Below the pieces are notes generated by a model that was given only the letters and a program-made list of their open reading frames with translations, did no database searches and had not been told where the DNA came from. A DNA stretch of 64,000 nucleotides from a virus (lineage: Duplodnaviria > Caudoviricetes): positions 65,219-129,218 of the IMG/VR virus record IMGVR_UViG_2630968332_000001. One strand, given 5' to 3'. Shown here piece by piece: positions 52,932 to 61,977 of this stretch. How positions within the stretch are numbered: the stretch's first letter is position 1; each line of letters opens with the position of its first letter. Both the position numbers and the translations under genes were made by a program.

Positions 52932-54419
52932 CTATTTTTCGCCATCTAACCTATCAGTATCATCAGTTGGATTATCCGTTTCTGGTCTGCCTCGACCCTG
53001 CTCACTCACTTCATTAGCCGAGATTGTGTTAGATGTTGGTTTTACAATCATCAAATCGTCAATACCTAATGCTTGTTGTTCAAAACTTAATTGGGAAACT
53101 ATTTCAGAAGGTGAGAAACCATTAGCAGCAAGGTAATTCAAGCGTGAACCACCATAAGATAATTGGTCTTTTTGTAGTGCCACATCATCTTTTAAGGTGA
53201 AAGTTGTTTGTCTTACGAACTTAATAGCCCACTTAACCTTACCTTTTGTCTTAACTTGTGCTATTTCACTGTTGTAATAGTTCTCTAATAATGGGAATAG
53301 GTTTGTATAAACCCAATTTGCGTCTTTTTGAATGGAAGTTTTGACAATGTTGGCACTTGTTGTATCACCACCGAATAATGGGGCTGGTGTACCAACATCA
53401 AAGAATAGTTGCTCGGTTGATTTTTTAACTGTATCAAGAGCATTTGTATTACCAGAATTGGTTAAAGGAACGTTTTCCAATTTAGTAGGGGTTGTAACAT
53501 TAACTACACCCTTTGGAAGTCTTGAACGAATTGCACTGTCGTAAACTTTAGCTTCCTTAGCTGTCATAAGAATACGACCGTCATTATCGACTGGAATTTT
53601 AGAATGTAAAATACGAGTGGTGTCAATACCATCTTTAATATCGACATTGTTTTTAGCTTGTGCCACAGACATAATATCTAGTAATACACCAGCAAACGGT
53701 GAAACTGCTAAGCCACCATAATCTAATGCACTAGAGTCAAATGTAAATGCCACACCTTTTTCTGATACAAAGTAATATCTGTTGTTGTACCAAGAGTTTT
53801 CATCAGTTGCATTACCATTTTGATATTGCTCATAAGCTGTTTGTAATTCTTCTGGTAATGTTGTTAAAAAGTCTTGTTTGAATTTTGTGACGTCTATCAT
53901 AAAGCGATAAACACCATTTTCAATACCACGAATTTTGCACCATTCAATAGGAAACTTCATAAATGATATTCCGTCTGAGTCTTCTATTTTGTAGTAGAAA
54001 GTAACTCCTTCTATAAGTGTGTCCCTAAAGAATATTGGTGCGTAATACTTGATATTGTATTGTTCTAATGCGTATGCAATATCTATATAATCATTACGCA
54101 TGTTCACTGTGTCTATGTCATAGACTTTATTACCTAAGATAGGTTTAATTGCGAAATTGTATGTGGGTAATGATTGATAGTAATCAATTACTTTAGCCAA
54201 AACACCATACTTATTAACACTATCTCGAATAGTCGCAGCTATCTGTGGTGCATTATCATATGGTCGTTGCAGATAAGTAGCAACATTAGATTTCTCAGTA
54301 GCACCAGTAGTTGTAGGCTTTAACCCAGCTTTAGGGTCGGCTACAATATTTGCAAATTCTTCACGCTTTGCTTGGATAGCTCTAAAATTACGTCCTGGCT
54401 TTTTTCTTTGTCCTCTCAA
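52932..54419 (-). CDS. Portal protein
   Basis: 495 aa after the terminase, C-terminal GRGRP. Confidence 0.8.
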   Translation of the reverse strand: MRGQRKKPGRNFRAIQAKREEFANIVADPKAGLKPTTTGATEKSNVATYLQRPYDNAPQIAATIRDSVNKYGVLAKVIDYYQSLPTYNFAIKPILGNKVYDIDTVNMRNDYIDIAYALEQYNIKYYAPIFFRDTLIEGVTFYYKIEDSDGISFMKFPIEWCKIRGIENGVYRFMIDVTKFKQDFLTTLPEELQTAYEQYQNGNATDENSWYNNRYYFVSEKGVAFTFDSSALDYGGLAVSPFAGVLLDIMSVAQAKNNVDIKDGIDTTRILHSKIPVDNDGRILMTAKEAKVYDSAIRSRLPKGVVNVTTPTKLENVPLTNSGNTNALDTVKKSTEQLFFDVGTPAPLFGGDTTSANIVKTSIQKDANWVYTNLFPLLENYYNSEIAQVKTKGKVKWAIKFVRQTTFTLKDDVALQKDQLSYGGSRLNYLAANGFSPSEIVSQLSFEQQALGIDDLMIVKPTSNTISANEVSEQGRGRPETDNPTDDTDRLDGEK

Positions 54420-54431
54420 TATTTCACCTCA

Positions 54432-55988
54432 CTATACAAATATAAAGTCTAGCAAATTACGACTAGCTTCTTCTGCCCTTAAATCTTTTTCTAATTCATT
54501 AGCATAGAAGTTACCGTATGCGATAGAACTATATCTATCTTTTGTTGTTGTACCTACTTCTTTGATACGGATTTTACCTTCACGCACCTCGTATTCTAGG
54601 TTAACCAACTCATTAACTAGAGCTGTTGCTTGGTTAAATGAATACAATTCTTTTTGTTGCTCCTCTACTGATTTCTTTAAGAAACCACCAGAGTTAACTA
54701 AATCTTCACGCTTTTCAATGTGGTTAATTGGTAATCTCAATTTTCCACTTTCAATAGCTGAATTTAGTGATTGAGCAATTTCATTGTTAAATGCTGCGGA
54801 AGCCTTAACCGTATATACAATAGGTAAACCATGTGTTTTTGTACGTTCATTAGTTGCTTCGTCATTCATACTTGCCCAAGCTGGATAATCTTCATCACGT
54901 TCTTGGTCGTGTAGAACTGTTGCACATGCGTCAAAAACACCTAAACCATTTCCGTTTGCGTCCATTACTACATAATCGGCTTGGAAGTCGTTATATAGTT
55001 GTTTCAATCTAATAGCTAAATTCTGACTGGAGATACTATCGTTAATACTTTCAAGGTAAACAACCTCTCTACGATAGCTATCACCATCTCTTATCAATCT
55101 GAAACATGTGAATGCGGAAGTATCGTTTTTAACGTTTTTATTGCCACCCATAAGGGCAATATCCAGTGAGATAATTCTTATTTCATCAATATCCCTACGT
55201 TTAGGCATATTTGACAACTTTTTAGGTTGTGATAAGTTCTTATTCTCTAAATATTCTCGACTTGTAGGTGGAATAAAAGCCTTATTTAATGTTCTAATCT
55301 TATTTAACTTGTCTAATTTGAAGTAAGCCTTGTCATTTTCACCAACAAATATAGCCTCATATTCCATATCAAAACCGTTTTGGTCGAAACTATCACTGGT
55401 TCTTTCATCATTAACAATCTGTTTTGTCAATAAACCATGATGTATTGATAACTGATATGGCAAATCTGCTACGAAATATTTGTCGCCTTTAAGCATTTTC
55501 TTTAAATACGCTTGAAATTCGTCCCAAGACCAATGTGATTTCCACCATGCAGATGAAATATAAATCTGTTTGTTTTCTTCTTTTGGATAATCTTTGTATT
55601 CTGGCAAAGTTAAATATCTTGGTTGTCTAACTACGTTCAAGAATGGCTTTAAAACCTTATCTAACACTGTTTTGTTAACCATACGGAACTCATCAACTAT
55701 TAAGATATTGGCACGAATACCACGTGAATTATCGTTAGAAGTTACAGCTTGTATCTTAGAACCGTTTTTAAACTTAACATAGGCTTCATTGTAACTTGTT
55801 TTGATATTATCTCGTCTATTTCCTATTTCAAATCGCAACGCTGCATTTTCATCATAGAATTTGTCAATCTTTTCAGATATGATTTTTGCAGCCTGTCCTT
55901 TTGTACCAGCGGCAAGTGCAATGTTCGTTCCTGGATATAAAACACAGCGAACAATGCAATACCACGCAATCAAAAAGCTCTTACCTTG
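54432..55988 (-). CDS. terL: Terminase large subunit, exon 2
   Basis: Begins QGKSFLIAWY. RGIRANILIVDEF Walker B, SLDIA and KDRYSS nuclease motifs. Confidence 0.9.
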   Translation of the reverse strand, partial: QGKSFLIAWYCIVRCVLYPGTNIALAAGTKGQAAKIISEKIDKFYDENAALRFEIGNRRDNIKTSYNEAYVKFKNGSKIQAVTSNDNSRGIRANILIVDEFRMVNKTVLDKVLKPFLNVVRQPRYLTLPEYKDYPKEENKQIYISSAWWKSHWSWDEFQAYLKKMLKGDKYFVADLPYQLSIHHGLLTKQIVNDERTSDSFDQNGFDMEYEAIFVGENDKAYFKLDKLNKIRTLNKAFIPPTSREYLENKNLSQPKKLSNMPKRRDIDEIRIISLDIALMGGNKNVKNDTSAFTCFRLIRDGDSYRREVVYLESINDSISSQNLAIRLKQLYNDFQADYVVMDANGNGLGVFDACATVLHDQERDEDYPAWASMNDEATNERTKTHGLPIVYTVKASAAFNNEIAQSLNSAIESGKLRLPINHIEKREDLVNSGGFLKKSVEEQQKELYSFNQATALVNELVNLEYEVREGKIRIKEVGTTTKDRYSSIAYGNFYANELEKDLRAEEASRNLLDFIFV

Positions 55989-56265
55989 CTTTGCCCCTTA
56001 TTAAGCGGGTTTGAGAGTTTTTTATCTCTCAACCCTAATCTTTCGACTAGGAATGGCATATCTTTTCACCCACAACTTGACTTGCTAGGGTGGTGCGACC
56101 TCGTGGCAACATTATATTCTCAGTGAGTTTCAGTTGCTATGCTCTGCCCCTGTCTAGTCTTTTAAAACTAGCCTTCGGTTCTGATTACCATATCTTTCGA
56201 CTTAGGTTTCCAGCTTAATTTCGCACTAATAATCTAATCAATTACTTAACTAGACGACCAAATCG
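55989..56265 (-). ncRNA. Group I intron (IA-like, no ORF), 277 nt
   Basis: Exon ends in U and intron ends in G. P3 GTGCGA/TCGCAC, P7 GCATA/TATGC, AAGATATGCC S element. Removal restores IAARG-QGKS. Confidence 0.9.
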
Positions 56266-56460
56266 ACCACGTGCTGCGATATACATAAATTTATCGTCCT
56301 TATTCATCATATAGAACAAGAAACGTTGAAATGGATGCAGATGAGTACCAAAATAGTCTTCCATGAAACGATGTGGGTTTTGTCTGTAAAAACCTATCCA
56401 TTCAGCGAAATTTTCGGCTTTCTTTTGGAGATAACTACTCTGTCCCTGCATACAATTCAT
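56266..56460 (-). CDS. terL: Terminase large subunit, exon 1 (start uncertain)
   Basis: WIGFYRQNPHRFMEDYFGTHLHPFQ...IAARG. Confidence 0.88.
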
Positions 56461-57223
56461 TCACCTCTTCTTCACTTGCCATACCAAAGTTGCGTTTGAG
56501 TGGGGTGATATACCACTTAGTTAGGTATTCGGCATATCCATCTACGTCTTCATACTCCTTACGAGTAGGAACAGGCTTTGTTGCTTCCCAGTGTCTAATA
56601 CTTTCGCCCACGCTTTCGATTTTATCTTCTTTGGTGTTTAGTACAGCTTCTAATCCCAACGTCTTACAATCATCTTCGTATGCTTTACGTAACGCTGGGA
56701 TAGCCTTCACATCATTTTCTTCAAACGCTCTATCTAAAGCAATCTTTAACTTGACATTGGAGATGTATTTTTCAACCTCAAACTTGGTTGCTGGTTCTTT
56801 AATTGCATAAAGGTTTCGTAGTGACAATTCCAAAACTTCAATTTCGCTAGTTTCATAGCCCGTACCCCAACGAGCTTTCATTTCATCAGTTATTACGAAT
56901 CCTTCTTGTTTATCTTGGTTTTCGTATTCAAAAACGGAACTAGCAAAGCCCTCCATCCATACCTTACTGATACGTGATTTGTAAGTAGACCATGCTACAT
57001 TTTTCTTTCCGCTTTCTACCGTATTTTCGTATTTGTCAATCAAGAAAGGCATGTTGAGTAGAAGACACATATCAATAAATGATTGTTTGTTTTCTAGCAC
57101 AACATTTCGATTTGAGCAACTTCGACAAACTCCGAAACCATTTTCAGATAAAAGAGTATTGTTGCTATCAATCAAACTCTTTTTATTGTGGCAGAATACG
57201 CATATACCTTCTCTATTCGCCAT
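56435..57223 (-). CDS. Putative terminase small subunit, zinc-finger protein
   Basis: CVFC...CRSC motifs, directly upstream of terL. Confidence 0.6.
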   Translation of the reverse strand: MANREGICVFCHNKKSLIDSNNTLLSENGFGVCRSCSNRNVVLENKQSFIDMCLLLNMPFLIDKYENTVESGKKNVAWSTYKSRISKVWMEGFASSVFEYENQDKQEGFVITDEMKARWGTGYETSEIEVLELSLRNLYAIKEPATKFEVEKYISNVKLKIALDRAFEENDVKAIPALRKAYEDDCKTLGLEAVLNTKEDKIESVGESIRHWEATKPVPTRKEYEDVDGYAEYLTKWYITPLKRNFGMASEEEVNELYAGTE

Positions 57224-57401
57224 AGTTATCACTCTCTCTCAATTCTAGTGTATGTAGTGCATTTACTAGGTTATTCAAAGTTTTTGCGTATCGTTCTAAG
57301 TCCGCCATATCATGAATATCTAAATCAGCCTTATTTGCTAAAACTGATATTTTATTCATAATTTTCTTAATGTCGCAACGGAGCTGAATAATTTCTTTCA
57401 A
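57213..57401 (-). CDS. Small helical hypothetical protein
   Basis: AAAGGAG RBS and TTG start, overlaps the next gene. Confidence 0.6.
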   Translation of the reverse strand: MKEIIQLRCDIKKIMNKISVLANKADLDIHDMADLERYAKTLNNLVNALHTLELRESDNYGE

Positions 57402-57417
57402 ATATTCTCTTCTCCTT

Positions 57418-57625
57418 TCTTCTACGATTTCAAAAACATAGAAGCCAGTTAATTGCTAAGCTGTTTTTATTTAAAAGGAGGTGTCTTCAACTACTGGTCT
57501 ATGCTCATGAAATCGCAGAAGGACTGCGATATATTAAATATGGCTATGATTTGAACCCTAAACCCTCTCACAGCACTCACGTTGGTTTTCTTATCTCATG
57601 CTATGTTGTAGCCACAAGATAAAGG
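57418..57625 (-). ncRNA. Structured intergenic RNA candidate between HU and the packaging genes
   Basis: Long stem TTCTGCGATTTCA/TGAAATCGTAGAA with inner helices, plus a second hairpin near 57592-57621. Confidence 0.45.
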
Positions 57626-57642
57626 AGTATTTTCAAGTATTC

Positions 57643-57921
57643 TTATTTCTTCAACTTTTCAGCTAACTTAACTTTATGACGATAACCAGCTGGTACTGTA
57701 ACAGTTTCACCTGTGAAGCCTAACTTACGTTCATGTTCTTCTTGGTATACTGTTTCAAAAGTTGCAAAACCTGTTAAGCGTAATGTCTTGTTTTCTGCTA
57801 AAACATCTTTAACACCAGAAATAACGATTTCTAATGCTTCTGCTGCAACTTTCTTTGTAATTTGGTTATCTGCTGCGATTTTTGATACAAAATCTGCTTT
57901 GTTTAATGTTTCTACTACCAT
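57643..57921 (-). CDS. hup: HU-family DNA-binding protein
   Basis: LNKADFVSKIA...LTGFATF...TGETVTVPA. Confidence 0.92.
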   Translation of the reverse strand: MVVETLNKADFVSKIAADNQITKKVAAEALEIVISGVKDVLAENKTLRLTGFATFETVYQEEHERKLGFTGETVTVPAGYRHKVKLAEKLKK

Positions 57922-57976
57922 AAAATTTACCTCTTTCTCGCTCTCACACTCTCTCGTGAGGCACTTTAATTATTAT

Positions 57977-57990
57977 TGGAAACGCTTACA
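57977..57990. promoter_or_regulatory. cre-like operator (one mismatch)
   Basis: TGGAAACGCTTACA upstream of HU. Confidence 0.5.
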
Positions 57991-58082
57991 TTATTAAACG
58001 TAAGCACAACCTCCTTCTATATACTTTGCAAAGTTATGTGTAATATATACACTTTTTTAGGACATTTTTGCTAATTTTTTTC

Positions 58083-58121
58083 AAAAAAATAGAATAATCA
58101 CGAAAAATCATGACTATTCTA
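58083..58121 (-). terminator. Intrinsic terminator
   Basis: TAGAATAGTCATGA-TTTT-TCGTGATTATTCTA followed by a T run. Confidence 0.7.
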
Positions 58122-58284
58122 GGGTTATTTCATATTAAAAAATCATATCCTGTATTTTCCAAAGAGCCTAATTATTAACGTCCAAAAATTAGACTTAAAT
58201 AATTTTGAATATAATTATACTCGAAAGGTAGATTGTGTCTCTCAGACAAAGTCTAGACTTGGTTTCTTCAAAAATTAGAACACA

Positions 58285-58593
58285 TTACAATTTATTTTCT
58301 TCTCGTAATTTTTTCATTCTTTCAGAAATTACTTTTCTTTCTTTATCACTCATTTTCTTTCTTATTCCAACATTGCCAACAATATACCCAGCTATCATTG
58401 CTAATTGACCGCCATTAACGCTGTAGCCTTTTCTATGGTTCTTACTTTCATCAATGTATTTTTCATACTTTCTTGCATGTTTTGGAACATCGGTGTAGAT
58501 ATGCCATTGGTCGATTTCTTCTTCATAGGTTAAAATCGTTTCACGTTCTTCTCTACTTGGAACTTTCCAATCTTTGATGATTTGTTCTGTCAT
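58285..58593 (-). CDS. Conserved-type phage hypothetical protein
   Basis: REERETILTY...WHIYTD, basic C-terminus. Confidence 0.75.
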   Translation of the reverse strand: MTEQIIKDWKVPSREERETILTYEEEIDQWHIYTDVPKHARKYEKYIDESKNHRKGYSVNGGQLAMIAGYIVGNVGIRKKMSDKERKVISERMKKLREENKL

Positions 58594-58616
58594 TTACCAC
58601 TTATCACCTACCCTAC

Positions 58617-59279
58617 TTACTGTTTTTCTTGTAGATTTTTCTTAATTTTGTCACATACTCTAGTCAGCTTATTACTTACTGCTTGTGATGATACATTTAA
58701 TTCTTTTGAAATATCAGCTATCTTATCGTATTTTTTGAATAGAGAAACGAAATCCAAGTCTTTTTCACTAAGACTATCTTTCAAAACATCTTCAAACCAT
58801 TCAAATGCTGATAATAGTTCTTTACTTGTAACCTTTTCAATTTTACCTATATTCATTATGATTTTTCTGATTTCCATTCTGTCAAGGCTGTCTGCGTCAA
58901 ACAATCTATTTAGATAACCATTGATACTGGAGTAATCATCTAACACACTGTCCTCAATGGTTTGTTCATTCATCTTCCATTCAGTCAAATCTGTATCAAC
59001 AGCTGTGTTTTTCCCCATTGCATATGAACTCTTATAATGTTTTTCATTGCGGTAGAATGTATCTTCAATTTTTCTACCCGAGTCAATGTCTTTACTTTCC
59101 AAAAGGTAGTTGGCTATATCATCTAAGAAGTTCCCAAAACTTGTGTCAGATATGTTTTCTCCACCTTTAACTTTGTTAGTTACCACTTTATTTAATTTAT
59201 TTACATCAAATGTATCTTCTATGTACTTAGCTTTATCAGCATAAGACTTTAAATCATTATCAAACTTAAAGATATTAAG
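58617..59279 (-). CDS. Sigma-70 region-4-like HTH regulator (candidate late activator), non-canonical start
   Basis: IADISKELNVSSQAVSNKL. The frame is open to an AAGGAGG RBS followed by CTT/ATC. Confidence 0.65.
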   Translation of the reverse strand, partial: LNIFKFDNDLKSYADKAKYIEDTFDVNKLNKVVTNKVKGGENISDTSFGNFLDDIANYLLESKDIDSGRKIEDTFYRNEKHYKSSYAMGKNTAVDTDLTEWKMNEQTIEDSVLDDYSSINGYLNRLFDADSLDRMEIRKIIMNIGKIEKVTSKELLSAFEWFEDVLKDSLSEKDLDFVSLFKKYDKIADISKELNVSSQAVSNKLTRVCDKIKKNLQEKQ

Positions 59280-59312
59280 GGCTATCCTCCTTATTATTTA
59301 TTCAGACCAACT

Positions 59313-59350
59313 AAAAAAGGACACACTACCACTATTAGTAATGTGTCCTT
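59313..59350 (-). terminator. Promoter-proximal leader terminator
   Basis: AAGGACACATTAC-TAATAGTG-GTAGTGTGTCCTT followed by TTTT. Confidence 0.7.
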
Positions 59351-59367
59351 ACGCATTTAACACTTTA

Positions 59368-59435
59368 ATTATATCATTGTATCTGAATAAAGTCAAGATA
59401 TATTCATTATTTCGGTATGAAGTTTTAGTGTTTTA
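59368..59435 (-). promoter_or_regulatory. Sigma-A promoter with a conserved upstream element
   Basis: TTGACT-17-TATAAT. The 45-bp block 59391-59435 matches 61933-61977 at 39 of 45 positions. Confidence 0.75.
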
Positions 59436-59624
59436 AGAAATTCCACAAATAATTCCCTATATATTATATAGTATTTTATTTGTGGAATTTGAATTACCGT
59501 ATAATCTACATTCTAAGACATCTTAACCGTTTTTAATATAATTATACTTGAAATGATTTAAAACGTCTTAGAAATGATTTTAGAGCTACTCTCGAACGTG
59601 TTATAGTGTTTATACTCTAGACTC

Positions 59625-60485
59625 TTATATTGTTTGGATAATATCGTTCATCTGCTGGCAGTATTCTTCTGTTATGACGTTTACAGAACCATTATAGTTC
59701 TTCATTGCGTCAACTTCGTCCAGTTTTATATACTTATTATATTCTGAATTAGCGTATGTTTCATAGAAATAATATAAGCCTTCTATATTTCTGAATGAAG
59801 TGTAGTAGGTTGTTTCTCTAAAATCTTGGAATTTGGGATGATAGTCATAAATATGAACGGTTGCTATGAGATTATTGTCTTCTAACCAGTCAAGAGCATT
59901 GTCAATGACTTGATTTGAATACTTGTCTTGCTCCTCCTTATCCAACTTCCTTTTGCTTGGAATATCAGACTTAATTACATTAATCTTCGCTGCTGTCCAA
60001 GCTCTTACTGAACGTGGGGCAATGACAATACCATTTGCTGATGAGTTAAGCCTATTAGTATTTTCTGAGAAGTTGGTTGAACACATTAACGCATAAGTAC
60101 CTAATGCCTCGAAATACTTCATGTGTTTGTAGTTCGTTTTAAGCATTGCATTGGTGATATGTTCAATATCAATATGTGGGATATAAGTGTATCTTTCTTG
60201 TACAAGAGGTATTGCTACCCTATTACTTTCAAAATCAAGTAGTCTATACTTCTCTAATTTGTCAATGGTTTCTTTTACCTTTGGCATGATACGAAGATTG
60301 TGATTATTGCTTTTGGCAAAAATCATCTTAATGCTTTGGAGCAACATTTTCTTATTAGTCATTTCAATATAATTAGTGTAATCATAGTATCTATTTGTTA
60401 ATGAATTGATATAGGTGTAAACACCAAAATCAAACAAGGTTATATCATCGTATTTCTTATATTTAATCTTAGGTAGTTTAAACAT
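59625..60485 (-). CDS. Tandem winged-helix-like protein, paralog of 60862..61755
   Basis: DFGVYTYIN / LEKYRLL / LGTYAL / LEDNNLI pattern. Confidence 0.65.
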   Translation of the reverse strand: MFKLPKIKYKKYDDITLFDFGVYTYINSLTNRYYDYTNYIEMTNKKMLLQSIKMIFAKSNNHNLRIMPKVKETIDKLEKYRLLDFESNRVAIPLVQERYTYIPHIDIEHITNAMLKTNYKHMKYFEALGTYALMCSTNFSENTNRLNSSANGIVIAPRSVRAWTAAKINVIKSDIPSKRKLDKEEQDKYSNQVIDNALDWLEDNNLIATVHIYDYHPKFQDFRETTYYTSFRNIEGLYYFYETYANSEYNKYIKLDEVDAMKNYNGSVNVITEEYCQQMNDIIQTI

Positions 60486-60861
60486 ACTAGAATTAGTATA
60501 GTCATACTTTCCTCTCTTTAAGAGGTGGAAGTATTTAACATTAAGATAATGAGTAGTAGATTCTATATATTTTTTAGTATTAGGAGAAGTAGTATAGTAT
60601 TTAGAGATATTTATCTCCCCCTTCTATTTCAAATATTAAAAACCTATTTATAGGTTCTTATGTTTATATATTTCTTCTTTTACTTTCTTCTTTTCCCCTC
60701 GGAAATCCAGTCGTATCAACGGTTTTAAAAAAATAAGTGTCGTTAATTTTAACATTTTATTTTCTTTTGTGTTCAAATTAAATACCGTAATTTTTTTAAA
60801 GTAGGATTTTTTTCCTACTAAACTTTTAAAATTGATAAACAAGGGTACATTATGTTAATGA

Positions 60862-61755
60862 CTACTCTTCACCCATTTGTTCATAAATATCTTCAATAAT
60901 CTTATAGAATTGTCCAATATTCTTTGGAAATGTATAAAGCGTGAAACGATTTTCGTACATTTTAGAGTTCACTCCCATAGATACCATTAACCCAAGCTCC
61001 TCTAAAATATCCATATATTCCTTTACACCCTTTTTTCTTACACCACCTGTTAGTTTTAAGCCAAATGTAAAGTCAATTCTGTTGGCATACCTAGACACAG
61101 AAAAGCTGTCAACTGTAACAATACCGTTGCCAAGATAATTACTCCCATGCTCGTTATAGAATATTAATGATGAAACTGTATAAACACCTAGCAAATTCAA
61201 GAAATCTCTAGTACTTAGGTCTATCACACCGTCTTTAATTTTCTCTATGGCTTTTTGTATGTCAACATAGTAGAAACGGAAGAACCCTTTAGTTTTATAC
61301 GTATTATGTTTATGTGGTATTTTGATATTGTGGTAACTTTCTATGCTTGTACTGTTATCAATGTCACACTCTATTAATTCAGCAGCCTTTAATCTCATAA
61401 AGGAGTCACGAATAGTTTTTGAAGCACGTGAGTCACCACTGGATTTACTCAATAAATCCTTAATAGAGTTTCTTATCTCGTCACTATTAAATAATTGAAC
61501 TCTTGAAAAACTATCTACACCATTTTCTGTGGCAATCATGTTGAGATAAAAATATAAACCAACATCTTGCATTTTTAAGAAACATCTACCTTCGTCACCA
61601 TAGTAGATAACACGACCATCTGCTTCAAGGAAGAACCTATGAATTTTAAAGAATGGTAAGCGTGAATAGCTTTCAAGTACACCATTCGGTTTTCCAACTT
61701 TGTATTTGCTTTTAATCGCATTGATTTTTCGTTCTGTTTTACTAATTTGTTCCAA
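60862..61755 (-). CDS. Tandem winged-helix-like protein (replication-initiator-like)
   Basis: DVGLYFYLN / LKAAELI / LGVYTV / LEELGLM pattern. GAGG RBS before TTG. Confidence 0.65.
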   Translation of the reverse strand: MEQISKTERKINAIKSKYKVGKPNGVLESYSRLPFFKIHRFFLEADGRVIYYGDEGRCFLKMQDVGLYFYLNMIATENGVDSFSRVQLFNSDEIRNSIKDLLSKSSGDSRASKTIRDSFMRLKAAELIECDIDNSTSIESYHNIKIPHKHNTYKTKGFFRFYYVDIQKAIEKIKDGVIDLSTRDFLNLLGVYTVSSLIFYNEHGSNYLGNGIVTVDSFSVSRYANRIDFTFGLKLTGGVRKKGVKEYMDILEELGLMVSMGVNSKMYENRFTLYTFPKNIGQFYKIIEDIYEQMGEE

Positions 61756-61910
61756 ATAGATATGCCTCACTTTAAGATAAATTTAGCTTATTATGCTAGT
61801 TTTTCGTGATTTAAGCGTGGTTATTTTTAACACTTTTGATGTTTTTATGTATATTTCGCACATATACATAAACTGTTTATTGTCATTTTTAACAACGCTC
61901 TATACCTGTT

Positions 61911-61977
61911 ATTGTATCAAAAATTAAACAGAAGTCAATATATATTCATGCTTTCGGTATAAAACTTTAGTGTTTTA
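61911..61977 (-). promoter_or_regulatory. Sigma-A promoter with a conserved upstream element
   Basis: TTGACT-16-TACAAT with TG, plus the shared 45-bp block. Confidence 0.65.

Noticed and set aside
60648-60842. 64-aa minus-strand ORF
   Set aside because: Low-complexity AT-rich sequence without a clear RBS. More likely non-coding.
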